The notes beneath the pieces were generated by a model. The model saw only the letters and a program-made list of their open reading frames with translations, was not told the DNA's origin and made no database searches. From Octopus vulgaris (Eukaryota), in the NCBI GenBank assembly GCA_951406725.2, contig OX597819.1, positions 121,458,001-121,522,000 of the forward strand: a DNA stretch of 64,000 nucleotides, written 5' to 3'. A program made the translations under genes and the position numbers. Positions 30,160 to 44,160 of the stretch are shown here, piece after piece (the first letter of the stretch is position 1; each line of letters starts with the position of its first letter).

Positions 30160-30400
30160 AGGCACAAGCGTGGCTGTGTGGTAAGTAGCTTGCTTACCAC
30201 ATGTCAAGCAATGGTGAGACACAGACACTTTATATTTCCGTAACTTAGCAGTCCGGCTATAAGAGACCGATAAAATAAGTACCACGCTTAAAAAGAAAAA
30301 ACAAATTCTTGGAGCCGATTTGTTCTAGTAGATCTTTTCAAGGCGGTGCTCCAGCATGGCCGCCGTCAAAGAACTGAAAGAAGGAAATGAATAAAAGCAT
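30160..30400 (+). mobile_element. SINE family A, internally deleted
   Basis: GTGGCTGTGTGGTAAGTAGCTTGCTTACC joined to tail GTAACTTAGC...AAGGCGGTGCTCCAGCATGGCCGC. Confidence 0.8.
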
Positions 30401-30612
30401 ATAAAAAAAAAGATATGTGAATCGTATTTGATGACAGGTCACCTGGCTCAGAACTGACCATGGGCTGTATACAAAGCTACAACATCAACAGCAGCAGCAA
30501 CCACCACTACCACTAACTACTGCAGCCGCAACAACAGTAATAACAACGCGCCTAATTAAGTAAATTATGCTCGGTGTCGGCGTAGAATCAATAAGAAGTG
30601 CCTCTCCTTCAG

Positions 30613-30699
30613 TGGTGCCAGGGGGTGGAGCAGCCATGCCAAATGGTGGCGACGGTGGTGGTGGTGGTGGTGGTATTGGGGCAGAGCAGAGGGTGGGGG
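30613..30699 (+). CDS. Speculative 87-nt phase 1-1 exon, in frame with the MSRRKQ exon (VPGGGAAMPNGGDGGGGGGGIGAEQRVG)
   Basis: Acceptor CCTCTCCTTCAG ends at 30612; donor G|GTACGT at 30700; stop-free in the required phase. Low complexity, no recognisable domain. Confidence 0.22.
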
Positions 30700-30848
30700 G
30701 TACGTACGGCGAGCGACAAGTGGGTCCGTCATTCGTTTAACCTCCCCCTCCCCCGCGCCACTCCCCTGCTGCCCTCTCCCCCGCCGTTTATCCTGTCTAA
30801 ACACTCTTCCATTTTCGTAGACGGTCACCCATTCACTCCGTCTCTTCA

Positions 30849-30903
<55 letters not shown>

Positions 30904-31187
30904 CGCTCTCACTCGAATTAAACGGGATTTTCGTGGTGCGCCGAGATGACTTCGCTTCCTTGCACCACTCCACCGTCCCTCCCTCCCACCACCACTTCTC
31001 GCACTCTCTGCCTTTCTTCATCCCCTCGCACCTCTCTCTGTCTCTCTCACTGTCTCGCTTTCTCTTTCTCTCCCCCCGTCTCCCTCTCTCGCTTTCTCTG
31101 TGTCTCTCTCTCTTCTCTTTCGACCTTTCCCTCATCAATACATCATCAAACACCATCTTTGACATTGTTCAATTTTCCGAGACCCAT

Positions 31188-31582
31188 TTACCACCTCCAT
31201 CAACACCACCACCACCAATAACAACAACAACGACACCACCAACAACACCATCAACACCACTACCAATAACAACAACGACACCACTACCACCATCACCAAT
31301 AACAACAAGAACAACAACAACAACACCAATAACAACACCACCACCACCATCAACATCACCGCCATCAACACCACCACCACCATCAGTATCATCACCATCA
31401 TCACCTCTAGCACCAGTATCATCACAACCACCACCACCACTAACACCACCACCACAACCACCACCACCACCACTAACACCACCACTAACACCACCACCAC
31501 CACAACCACCACCACCACCACTAACACCACCACCACCACAACCACCACCACCACCACCTTCATCGCCACGACCACCAACCAT
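31188..31582. repeat. (ACC/AAC)n trinucleotide tract
   Basis: Source of the poly-Pro/Thr ORF 30933-31643. Confidence 0.9.
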
Positions 31583-31624
31583 CATATGGAAACGCAAACG
31601 CGAGTCAGAGAGGGAGCCTTTAAG

Positions 31625-31818
31625 TGGTTGCTCTATTTGCTAGAAATAACAGCCAAGTCTCTCTGAAATTACATCTTAACAAATGACGGAATGGCCACCA
31701 CAGCTGAGATGCTATTCAGCAAAGGTCAGCTTGATCACTGTTGATCTGGTGCGGTGGGAGTGGGGGCTAAACAACAACTGCTGCAGCTGCTGCTGCTGCT
31801 ACTACTACTACTATTACA

Positions 31819-31858
<40 letters not shown>

Positions 31859-32302
31859 GTTCTACTACTACTACATTCTCCAATACCACCACCACTACCA
31901 TCACATGCAAATACAACCACGGCCACCACCACTGACATCACCACAACTACATTTATACGCTTCCCGACGTGGTTGATCATGCTAAAAATAGCAACGAAAT
32001 CTCCCTCAAATGACATCCTTTACTGTCATGAATTCGAAGGACATTCTGAATAAAAACGTCCTCGGTCGCTATGCATATTAAATAAAAATAGGGAAAAAAA
32101 AGTCGTGTTTGTCACGCCTGGCGTGTCTTAGATCTTAGGTCGGGTCTCTTCGGTCAGGTCTGACCTGGGACATAACGACAACATTAGTAACAAACATATC
32201 CTCTCGCTGCTAGCATCACCATCATCACCACTATCACCATCATCACTAAATATCTACCTCCCACCGCTACCACTAGGATATTGCCACTCACTCCCATTAC
32301 GA

Positions 32303-32334
<32 letters not shown>

Positions 32335-32445
32335 CAGCACCACCGCCACATTCAGGAACCAGCGAGGGTGTGGCTCTCTCTCGCTTAGTGGTTTCTAGAT
32401 TTACTAGAAATAGCAACCAAATCTCCCTCAATGTACACCTTACGT
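31625..32445 (+). repeat. Three copies of an old dispersed repeat, core CTAGAAATAGCAGCCAAATCTCCCTCAAA
   Basis: Copies near 31640, 31982 and 32404; further copies near 23745 and 48475 (+) and 1295, 34135, 46205 and 53120 (-). Confidence 0.7.
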
Positions 32446-32986
32446 TATTGTTTTTTGGGGGGTGGGGGAGAGGGGTCTTTTTTCGCCTCTTAAGAAAAAT
32501 AACCCAACCATTGTTAATGTGCAAAGCGAACATTCTTTGGACGGGGATTGTCACGGTTGGAGAGTCTTTCTTTGACAACTTATGAGTTTGTTTACTCAAA
32601 AGTTTTCCTGGAGTCGAAGCAACAACAACAGTTTACATGCCACCACCACCACCACCACCACCACTACCTCTACCACCACTACTACCACCAGCACCGCCGC
32701 CGCCGGTCTTGTTTTCGTGGTGGTGGCCATGGTGCTGGTGTTACACTGCTTCTGCTGCTACATTAAAGTGACCGATGCTAATGGTGACCTTGTTCAGGGT
32801 GCAAGATAGGAGTGGTAATGGCGGCGGTGGTGGCGGCATTAGTTGTGGTGGTGGTGGTGGTTGTGGTGGTAGTGGTAGTTACCGCACTGCTGGAGGTGTA
32901 GGCGGTGATGAAACTGAAGTACACGTGATACAATTTGTTACCGCCTTTAACAGTGTGTGTATGTATGGATGGATGGATATGCATAC

Positions 32987-33038
<52 letters not shown>

Positions 33039-33115
33039 GCTTCTCTCCCTCTCTCGATATATATATGCATATATACATATATATATGTATGCATATTTAT
33101 GTATGTGTGTGTATG

Positions 33116-33149
<34 letters not shown>

Positions 33150-33227
33150 TTTTTTGTACTTGTTTCAGTCATTTGACTGTGGCCATGCTGGAGCACCACC
33201 TTTAGAGTGGTGAAAGAGTACAGCAGG

Positions 33228-33363
33228 GATCACCACCTCCTGCCGGAGCCTCGTGGAGCTTTTAGGTGTTTTTCGCTCAATAAACACACACAACGCCCGG
33301 TCTGGGAATCGAAACCGCGATCCTCCGACCGCAAGTCCGCTGCCCTAACCACTAGGCCATTGC
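33228..33363 (-). mobile_element. SINE family C, tRNA-derived head
   Basis: Minus strand TGGCCTAGTGGTTAGGG (A box) and GGTTTCGATTCCC (B box), followed by non-tRNA sequence; no acceptor stem. Confidence 0.75.
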
Positions 33364-33431
33364 TATATATATATATATGTATATATGTATATATATATAC
33401 ATACACACACACACACACACATACATATATA

Positions 33432-33790
33432 TGTGTGGTCAGTAGCTTCTTTACCAACCACATGGTTCCGGGTTCAATCCCACTGCGTGGCACCTTGGGC
33501 AAATGTCTTCTACTATAGCCCCGGGCCGACCAAAGCCTTGTGAGTGGATTTGGTAGATGGAAACTGAAAGAAGCCCGTCGTATCTATGTGTGTGTTTGTG
33601 TGTATGTTTTTGTGTTTGTCCCCTCCCCATCATCACTTGACAACCGATGTCGGTTCAGCAAAAGAATCCGATAGAATAAGTGCTAGGCTTACAATGAATA
33701 AGTCCTAGGAGAGGGGGTCGATGTGTTCCACTGAAGGCAGTGCTCCAGCATGGCAGCATTCAAATGTCTGAAACGAATAAAAGAATTAAA
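33432..33790 (+). mobile_element. SINE family A
   Basis: ACCAACCACATGGTTCCGGGTTCAATCCCACTGCGTGGCACCTTGGGCAA and the full tail. Confidence 0.9.
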
Positions 33791-33863
33791 GAATATGCGT
33801 GTATAATTGGATGCTGAGTCATCAACACTTAATTATGTATAAATATATGCTGACACATACTCG

Positions 33864-33915
<52 letters not shown>

Positions 33916-34974
33916 CACACATGTATAAGTGTGTGTGTGTATGTGTGTGTTTATATATATGTAAGCCTGTGTGAATTATTGTTGCTTCTCAGCTCACCCG
34001 AGATCAAGTGAATGGCTATAATCTTAAGACATCCAAGGGTGGCCATCCATCCTGTCTCGTTTTCAAGGATAGGATATCCAGAATAACTTGATGCTATGTG
34101 TCCTTCCCTTTTTTCTTTCCGAATTGCTAGTCCGTTGACTGCTATTTCTAGCAATCGAGTGACCCCTATATACAGACACCTGCACGTGTCCCTCTGCTTA
34201 TTGTGCGTGTCGACCTCTCGGTAAGGCGTGTTGGTGGATGCCCTCGACGGGCTAAATCACAACAACCCTTACTTGTATGATTAATAAGAGTTTTAAAATG
34301 CAGTGAATCGGTCGAATCGGTAGAGCGTCTTGTACGATGCTTCGCGGTACTCGTTCTGACACTCAGTGCTCTGGTTTCAAATCTTACTGAAGTCAGATTA
34401 ACCTTTCATTTTTTTGAGGGTCAATGAAAAAACAAATACTAATCCTGGAATGGTGGATTGGTACAGGAACGTCGGACCAGATGTATTCCCATATTTGTTC
34501 CAGCGTTCTGAGTTCAAATTCCAGCCGGGTCATGAATTTAATCCGTAGTAAATGGGTAGTAAGTTTAATTTACTTCGCTAGTAAATTTAATCCGTTACCC
34601 CATTTAACATCCCCACCAAATACTTTGGGTACTTTTAATGGAGGTTTACCTTTTTGCATGCTTTCGGGCTTGGACTCCAGTTTAAGACGACCCTTGTCAG
34701 CTGTCCGGACACTGCATCCTTCCAAAAACTTCCTTCTTCCGTACCTATGAACCGCTTTCTCTTTATGGCCCTTTTACTGTTCCCTTTTCTCTTTCAGCTT
34801 TATAATGTGTTCTGCGCATGTACTTGTACCCTTCAACTGCTGTTAAAAGAGGGGCTGCTTTATGTCCCCTCTTTTAACCGATTTTTCCGACCAGTTTTAG
34901 TGCACCTGAATGAGCACTGTATACAATAAGCTTATCATCGTCGTAATCATTATTGCTAGTTCCAACGATTCTAT

Positions 34975-36285
34975 TGGGTTCGATAGAATATGTACCAGTC
35001 GACCACTAGGGGCCAAGGTAATCGACTAGCCCGCCTTCCTCAAAATTTCAGGCCTTGTGCCTTTAGTAGAAAGGATTATTATTTCTAATTCCGCCGAGGT
35101 TGACTTTGCCTTTCATTCTTTCGGGGTCGATGAAATAAGGACCATTTAAGTACCGGGATCAATGTAATTAACTAGATCACTTACCCTACATTTCAGGTGT
35201 TGTACTTTTAATAGAAAGAATTATTATTATTATTAAAATATTATTATTAGGATCCGAGCTGGCAGGATCGCTCATGTGCTGGGTAAAATGCTTAGCGGCA
35301 TTCCTTCCCGCTCTTTACGCCCTAAGTTCAAATTTCAACGAGGTCGACTTTGCTTTTTACCCTCACAGGGTCGACAAAATAAAGGACAATTCAAGCAAAG
35401 TACCATTCAAGCACCCTGGTCAATGCAATCGAAAGCAAACACACCCTCGCCCTAAATTAGCTTGATTTGTGCCAAATTTTGAAACTTTCATTATTATTTC
35501 TATAAGTCTATCACGCCGGATGAAATGCTTTCCAGTACTTCGTCCGTCTTTACATTCTGAGTTCAAATTCCACCGGGGTCGTCTTTGCCTTTTTTTTATC
35601 CTTTCGGGGTCGATGAAGTACCAGCTGCGTACTGGGGTCGATCTAGTCGACTGGTCCCTTTCCCCAAAATTTCAGGCTTTGTGCCTATAGTCGAAAGGAT
35701 TATCATTATTTCTACAAGTCTGTCACGCCGGACGAAATGCTTTCAGACATGTCGTCCGGCTTTATATTCTGAATTCAAATTCCACCGGGGTCGACTTCGC
35801 CTATCATCGATGAAACAAATACCAGTTGAATACTGGGGGCGGATGTAATCAACTGCCCCCCTCCCCGAAATTTTAGGCCTAATGCCTTTAGGAGAAACAA
35901 TTGTTAATTCTACAAGTCTAAGCGGCGAGCTGGCAGAAACGTTAAGCACGCCGAGAAAATTCTTAGCGGTATTTCGTCTGCCGCTACGTTCTGAGTTCAA
36001 ATTCCACCGAGGTCGACTTTGCCTTTCATCCTTTCGGTGTCGATAAATTAAGGACCAGTTACTCTCTGGGGTCGATATAATCGACTTAATCCGACTGTCT
36101 GTCCTTGTTTCTCTCCTCTGTGTAACCCCTTGTGAGTAGTATAGAAATAGGTATTTCGTGTGCCGATATGTTCTGAGTTCAAATTCTGCCGAGGTCGACT
36201 TTGCCTTTCATCCTTTCGGGGTCGATAAATTAAGTTCCTGTTGAGTACTGGGGGGGGGGCGATTTCAGGTCTTGTGCCTAAAGGG
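34975..36285 (+). mobile_element. Head-to-tail cluster of about seven SINE family B copies or fragments
   Basis: GGTCGACTTTGCCTTTCATCC-like or tail motifs recur near 34990, 35095, 35340, 35575, 35790, 36010 and 36190, all on the plus strand. Confidence 0.85.
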
Positions 36286-36409
36286 TTATTTCCACAAATC
36301 TCGAGGCCCAACGAAGCACTACAACATAAAAATGAAGTCTTATTACAATCTAAGTTAAGGAAAGAAAAAATAATATATTTTATTGATTAATTTTATTTTA
36401 CCCCGTTTA

Positions 36410-36477
<68 letters not shown>

Positions 36478-37262
36478 TGGAATATCCCCCAAAATATGAA
36501 AATCCTAGGTTGCTTTAGCACTTTGTGAGAGGTGGAAGACTCAAATTTATATAGCCTCAAACATCCCACGGAAAAAACAAAAGCAGAAAATTAAGTGTCT
36601 GCATGGAAAGGAATTCAGATAAGTTATTTAGTGACATGAAAAAAGCAAGGGACGTATTTATACCAGGGAATCCCTAAAACTCAGTCTTCAGTTTCGTATT
36701 GTATTATTTGTTGTATAAAATTCAATGTCTGTACATCAAGAAATGCAGACACACAGACAGGTAGGCACTGACATACACGCAAACTCATTCATTGCGTGTA
36801 TGTACTTGAAGACAGGTATACTTTAAAAGTTCAGCTTTAAATCGATGGATTTATCATCTAGATCATCTTATGCTGGGAAGGAGTGTGTATGTATGTATGT
36901 ATGTATGTATGTATGTATGTATGTATGTATGTATGTATGTATGTATGTATGTATGTATGTATGTATGTATGTGTGTATGTATGTATGTATGTATATATAT
37001 ATGTATATATATATATACATATACATATATATGTATGTATTAGTAAAAGTGTAATCTAGTACAACCTGTTGGATGGTCGGGCCACCGACAAATAAATTGG
37101 CGACATCATCATCATCAACCCTGCTTGGTGACCAGGGTAGATTTCGGACCTTGTGAGGGGTGAAAGAAGAGACGCTTCAACGGGAAGATGAATTAAGGAG
37201 GGTCAACAGACTCCATATATATATTTATATAATGTATATGTATATATATATATGTATGTATG

Positions 37263-37316
<54 letters not shown>

Positions 37317-37391
37317 TATATGACTATATATGTATTCAGGAATTTATGACCACACGTGCATCATACTATATATATATATATATATATATAT

Positions 37392-37470
<79 letters not shown>

Positions 37471-37909
37471 TATATATATATATATATATATACATACATA
37501 TATATACATACACACACACATATATATATGTGTATATACGTATATGTATATGTATCTATATATGTATCTATCTATCTATATATATCTATATATATGTATG
37601 TATATGAATTAATATAATGTAGTGTATTAAAAGTCCTGAGTATTCCAGTGGCATGTACTTGTTGAGGCAAGTTACATGTAAGTTCAAATCGAATCTAGTT
37701 GGATTTGAGTTCAGAAACTGAAAGCTATTTGACACAACTCCAACTTGTAGCATCTACGGAAATGTAATACCTATGAATGTTTGAAGCTACACCTGGAACG
37801 AACCTCGCATTTCTTACGCTTTCTTTCATCTATAGATGTATATGTATATATATATGTATATATATATGTATATGTATATATATGTATGTATATATATGTA
37901 TATATATGA

Positions 37910-37955
<46 letters not shown>

Positions 37956-37987
37956 GTATATATATATGTATATATATATGTATATGT

Positions 37988-38021
<34 letters not shown>

Positions 38022-38540
38022 ATGTATATATATATACATTTACATATATATGTGTGTATATATATATGTGTGTATATTTATATATATATATACATACATA
38101 GTTATATATATATACTTATATACTTTTTTGCATAAGATTGACAGGGGATTAGAGCGTTTTGTTATATATATATACACACAAATATATATATATAAATGCA
38201 CACATAACTACCTATGAATATACATACATATGTATACACATACACACATACATATATATACACACACAAACATATATATAAGCACACGCACAAACACACA
38301 CACGCAAATGTACATACATATGTGTATGTATGCACACACACTGCTCCTATTAAATATATTTGTATTGAAATACGTTTAGGTGTGTATATATATATTCGTT
38401 TTAAAATAGTAAATTTACGATTTAAGAAGAAATATTTTATTAGATTTCAAATGATGACTAATGGTATAAGGGATAGCATAAAATATGTGTTGCTTATTGG
38501 TTATTGTATTATATATACTCGACACTATGATATATGTGTG

Positions 38541-38590
<50 letters not shown>

Positions 38591-38657
38591 TATATGTCTA
38601 TATATATATATATGTGTGTATATATCAATGTATATGCGTATATACGTGCACACACAA

Positions 38658-38706
<49 letters not shown>

Positions 38707-39033
38707 CATGTATATATCTATATACATATGTGTACATATGCATATTTACAGACGACATACATACATGCATTTATGTGTATACATATGTACATATAAGTAC
38801 AAGTATATATACACACACATATATATATACATGTGAGTACATACATACGTATATATTCACATGTATATGTATATACGTATATTCACATATATATATATAT
38901 GTGTGTGTGTATATACATATATATCCCTATATATATATATATTTATATGTATATATAAAGATATGTATATGTATAAACATATATACCCCTATATATATAT
39001 GTTTATATGTATACATATCTGTATATATATACA

Positions 39034-39064
<31 letters not shown>

Positions 39065-39200
39065 GAATATATACATGTGAGTACGTACATATGTATATAT
39101 ATATATATATACACACACATACATCCTCATGCATATATGTATATATATACATTTGTATATAATAGTGTTTATGTGCCACTGAGATGATCAATTATGCAAA

Positions 39201-39231
<31 letters not shown>

Positions 39232-39752
39232 TTGTATATTACATATATATATATATACTCGCGCGCGTGTGTGTGTATTTGTACGGAATGCAACAGAGCC
39301 CGTTTACAAAGCCAATATCTTTGCATGTCAATTGCCTTCGTAGATCTTAATTAACTCGGAAAAGGCGTCCTGTTGCATGCGATATCTGACACTTACTTAA
39401 ATTTTTACATAATTCGGGGATAACATGTGATGGGAATTTATCTTCCGAGAATCAACGTTCGTTTTTGATTGCATTGGCTGTTAGGAAAGGGGTGGGGGTG
39501 GGGTGGTGGAAGAAAATAAATAAAAACAACAAAAAAAAAAACAAGGAGAAACCAGTTTTGACAAAACTTAGAGATTAAACTTTAATAGAATAAGCATGGC
39601 TAAATAAATATCAGCCATGCATCCAAGTACCCGTGTAAATGTTGTTTTTTTTTGTTTGTGAGATATCTGCTATGTACATCGGTGCGTTTCTGTTTGTACG
39701 TGTGTGTGTGTGTGTGTGTTTGTCTATGTATGTAGATATATATATGTATATG

Positions 39753-39790
<38 letters not shown>

Positions 39791-39877
39791 ATATACATAT
39801 GTACGTATCTATACATATATATGTGTGTAAGTGTATGTCTATGTATGTGTGTGTATATAGATATATGCATGTAGTTA

Positions 39878-39909
<32 letters not shown>

Positions 39910-40168
39910 TCATATACATATATATGTGTGTAAGTGTATGTCTATGTATGTGTGTGTATATAGATATAAGTATGTATGTATATATACATATATATATATA
40001 TGCACCCAAATATAAACACCTACATACATACATTCATACATACATACATACATAGCACTATTTATTCTTTACTCAGGTGAAATTAAAACGCACTCAGAAA
40101 TGTATATATATCTATATGTATGTGTGTAAATGCATGTTATACATACATACATACAATATATATATGTA

Positions 40169-40212
<44 letters not shown>

Positions 40213-40226
40213 ATGTATGTATTATG

Positions 40227-40292
<66 letters not shown>

Positions 40293-40347
40293 CATCTATA
40301 TATATAGATATAATATATATGTATATATATGTATATATATATGTATA

Positions 40348-40464
<117 letters not shown>

Positions 40465-40828
40465 TTATATATATTGTATGTCTAAGCAATCTTCAAGTAT
40501 TTCCATGTCAAAGCCTTTCTTCGTGGAAGAAAAAAAAAAAGATCCTTTAATACCTTCCAGAATATAAAATAAGAAAACAACGATAGGAGAATGAGCCTGG
40601 GCGGGTTTTTGTATTTGTTGCTGTTGTTGCTGTTTTATTTTCAAACTCGATAACTCGGACTTATCAAAGAAGACTTGAAATATTCATTTCTAGATTATAT
40701 TTGTCGATAACGTTTTCCTTAAATGTACACACAGACCTTACTTTCAGCTTATCACTGAACGATATGTGTACGCGCTCGCTCGCGCGCGTGTGTGTGTACG
40801 TGTGCGCGAATGTATGTATGTATGTATG

Positions 40829-40879
<51 letters not shown>

Positions 40880-40929
40880 GTATATGAGCGTGTAAAAGTG
40901 TTTATTTGAATACACAACACTCATATATG

Positions 40930-40973
<44 letters not shown>

Positions 40974-41086
40974 AACATATATATAAAGATGGTTATACAT
41001 AGATGGATATATATATATTTATATTTATATATATTTGATTATGTATCTCCCTCCCACCCTCTCTCTTTTCTCTCACCCTTCTGTGC

Positions 41087-41124
<38 letters not shown>

Positions 41125-41132
41125 GCATCTAT

Positions 41133-41183
<51 letters not shown>

Positions 41184-41713
41184 CATATCTGTCTATCTCT
41201 CTTATATATATATATATATTTATACATACTTACATATCTATATCTATATATCTATATCTATATATATATCTATATATACATGCATATGTGTGTGTGTGTG
41301 CATATACATATTTGCATAAATGCAGCGTGTGTGCGCGCATGCATGTGTGTATCTGTCTGGTGGGAGGGGTGACCTTCTGTATCCATGTTTCGATAATTTG
41401 TTATTTCATTCACCGAACAACCTGTGCAAGTGGCTGAGTATACCTCAGGCACGTTTATCCGTAACCCCTTTCTTGCCCAGAATTGGCCGTGTTCTTAAAT
41501 TCGAGCACACACGCGGGGCTTGATTTTATTTCCAAAGCTTGTTTGTTATACCTCAGGCTTTAGTCACACCCACTGACATGCACTGGGATCGAACCATTAT
41601 TATGACATGCACTGGGATCGAACCTGAGTCTTAGGATTGCAATGGAAACTTCCTAACTCCTCGACCATATATGTGTGTACCCATAAATATGTATGATAGC
41701 TATGGATTCACAG

Positions 41714-41749
<36 letters not shown>

Positions 41750-41939
41750 ATAGGTATATATATGTGTGTATATATATGTATGTATATATGTATATATATA
41801 CATATACATATATATACATACTTATATATATGTGTGCATATATGTATATATATATATATATATGCATATATACATATATACATACATACATACACAGATA
41901 CATACACTCAAGCACGAACATACATTTATAAGTGTGTGT

Positions 41940-41974
<35 letters not shown>

Positions 41975-42114
41975 CGTGTATATGTATTATATATTTATTA
42001 TATATTTATATATGTATGTGTATATATATATGTACATACATTCATATATATCTATATGTATGTATGCATGTATGTTTGCAGCTGCGTATGTACATCCATG
42101 TATGTATATATATA

Positions 42115-42169
<55 letters not shown>

Positions 42170-42596
42170 CATCATCATCTCATATATATATACACACACA
42201 TATATATGAGCCCTTTAATTAATCATCACTTTTCTTTCCCCTTAATCTCTCCTTATCTCTGGAGAAGTAAAACGTGAAAGATTGCAGTTTTCCTTTTCTT
42301 TATCTTTTTCCTAATCGACAAAGGAAATTTCGGATTTAGATTAGCTATGTCAAAGTCATATATCCCAGTTTTGCTTACTTCCATGCGAAAAAGTTGACAA
42401 CGATGGGGGGTGGGGGGGGAATGGGGGGGATTTGAAAATTAAATTGAATTAAATTTAAATTAAATGAAAAAAGTAACAGGCGAACATACACAATCTTCAA
42501 AATACAAAATATTTCATAATTAGTTTTACGTTAATAGACGTCTCAGATTTTGTGATTAATCAAATGTGTGTTTATTTGTATATGTATCTATCTATA

Positions 42597-42668
<72 letters not shown>

Positions 42669-43052
42669 ATACATCTGTATATGTATAATGTATATACGTA
42701 TGTATGTATATATATGTAGGTATATGTGTGTATAGATGCATGTACATATATGTGTGTATGTGTATCGAACTCCCTCATTGACCAGTTGCCACTTATTAGA
42801 GAAGGTTCCAAATAATGGTGTAGCTGAGTCAATGGTGCTGCTCCAGCATGACTACAGCTTTACAGCTAAAATATTAAAGAACAATATATATATATATATG
42901 TATGTATGTATATATATATATGTATTTTTATATATATAGGTATATATATATATACAGATATTTATATATATATTTCATATATATAATATGAATATATATA
43001 TATATTTGTATGTGTGTATATGTGTATATAAATTTATGTACGTATGCATGTA

Positions 43053-43098
<46 letters not shown>

Positions 43099-43214
43099 AG
43101 TAGTTGAATGAATTATCCTAGTGTGGATAATTCGGTTAACCGATACCTGGGTAGCAAATTCACGTCAGAATATATATATATATGTTCTCATTGTTTAGTG
43201 CCTTTTAAGGCGAT

Positions 43215-44160
43215 AGGTAGGTTAGCGAGTCGGACAAAATACGTGGCGACATTTCTTCTCGCTTTGCGTTCTGTATTCAAATTCCAGTCTCGCCAGGATC
43301 GAATTTGCCTTTCATCCTTTTCGGGACCGACAAAATAAGGACCAGTTAAGTACTGGGGGTCAATGTAATCGACTAGCATACCTCCTCTAAAATAATTTCA
43401 GCCCCTTATGCCCTATAACAGAAACGATTTCTATGACGTCTGACTGGCAGTATCGTTAGTGCGTTTATGAGAATTTCTTGCGGTTCTTTACCTTTACAGT
43501 TCAAATCCCGCTGAGTTCCCCTTGTCGTTTCATCCAATTGTGGTCAGTGATATAAATACTTGTTAACACTAAGACTAATGTAATGGACTTAACACGGTTC
43601 TTCTTAAGACTTGTTGCCCTTATGCTAAATCTTGTTATCATTTAATGTGCATTTTTGTAGGATCAGTTAATTATGATTTTATTCAACATATTCCCCTCTC
43701 AGATTCACACCCTTATTGCCACAGCCCTTCAGTTTTCCCAAGCCCTTTAAAAGAAAACGGAAGCTTAGGCCTTCAACCAAGCATTTCGCAAGACCTTTAA
43801 ATCCAGGACCTTTTCAGTATCCTCTCGTATTTGTATTCATTCGGTAGCGATGCCTTGTCAAGAATCGCTGATTGTTTTTAAAGAATTTCCAATAGTAGCT
43901 TAAACAGAAGATATTACTTTTGCATATATTTAAATATTCATCCTTTGGCGGCGAGCTGGAAGAACCTTTAGCACACCGGGCAAAATGCTTCACGGCATTT
44001 CGTCCGTCTTTCCGTTTTGAGTTTAAATTCTGTCGAGGTCGTGTTTCCCTTTTGTCCTTCCGCGGTCGATGAAATAAGTATCGGTTGAATAATGAGTTCG
44101 ATGTAATCGACCTACCCGTCTTCCTGACATTGCTGGTCCTGTGCTAGAATTCGAAGCTAA
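43215..44160 (+). mobile_element. Three degenerate SINE family B copies
   Basis: Copies at about 43215-43430, 43440-43620 and 43945-44160 with TTCAAATTCC and TTTCATCC motifs. Confidence 0.7.
43655..43829. mobile_element. Partial mariner-type MITE end
   Basis: Ends in CCAGGACCTTTTCAGTATCCTCTCGTA; reverse complement TACGAGAGGATACTGAAAAG resembles TACGAGGG-type mariner TIRs. Second TIR not seen. Confidence 0.4.

Noticed and set aside
30933-31643. 236-aa Pro/Thr-rich ORF resembling extensin or formin
   Set aside because: Derived from (CT)n and (ACC)n tracts; open on both strands; no splice or domain support.
33285-33363. Possible tRNA gene
   Set aside because: A and B boxes are present but there is no acceptor stem or poly-T terminator; it continues into a SINE body.
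34770-34810. Strong acceptor-like CCCTTTTCTCTTTCAG
   Set aside because: Immediate TAA in the required phase.
37090-37125. AATAAATTGGCGAC as an LTR end plus primer-binding site
   Set aside because: No second LTR, TG...CA boundaries or gag/pol sequence visible.
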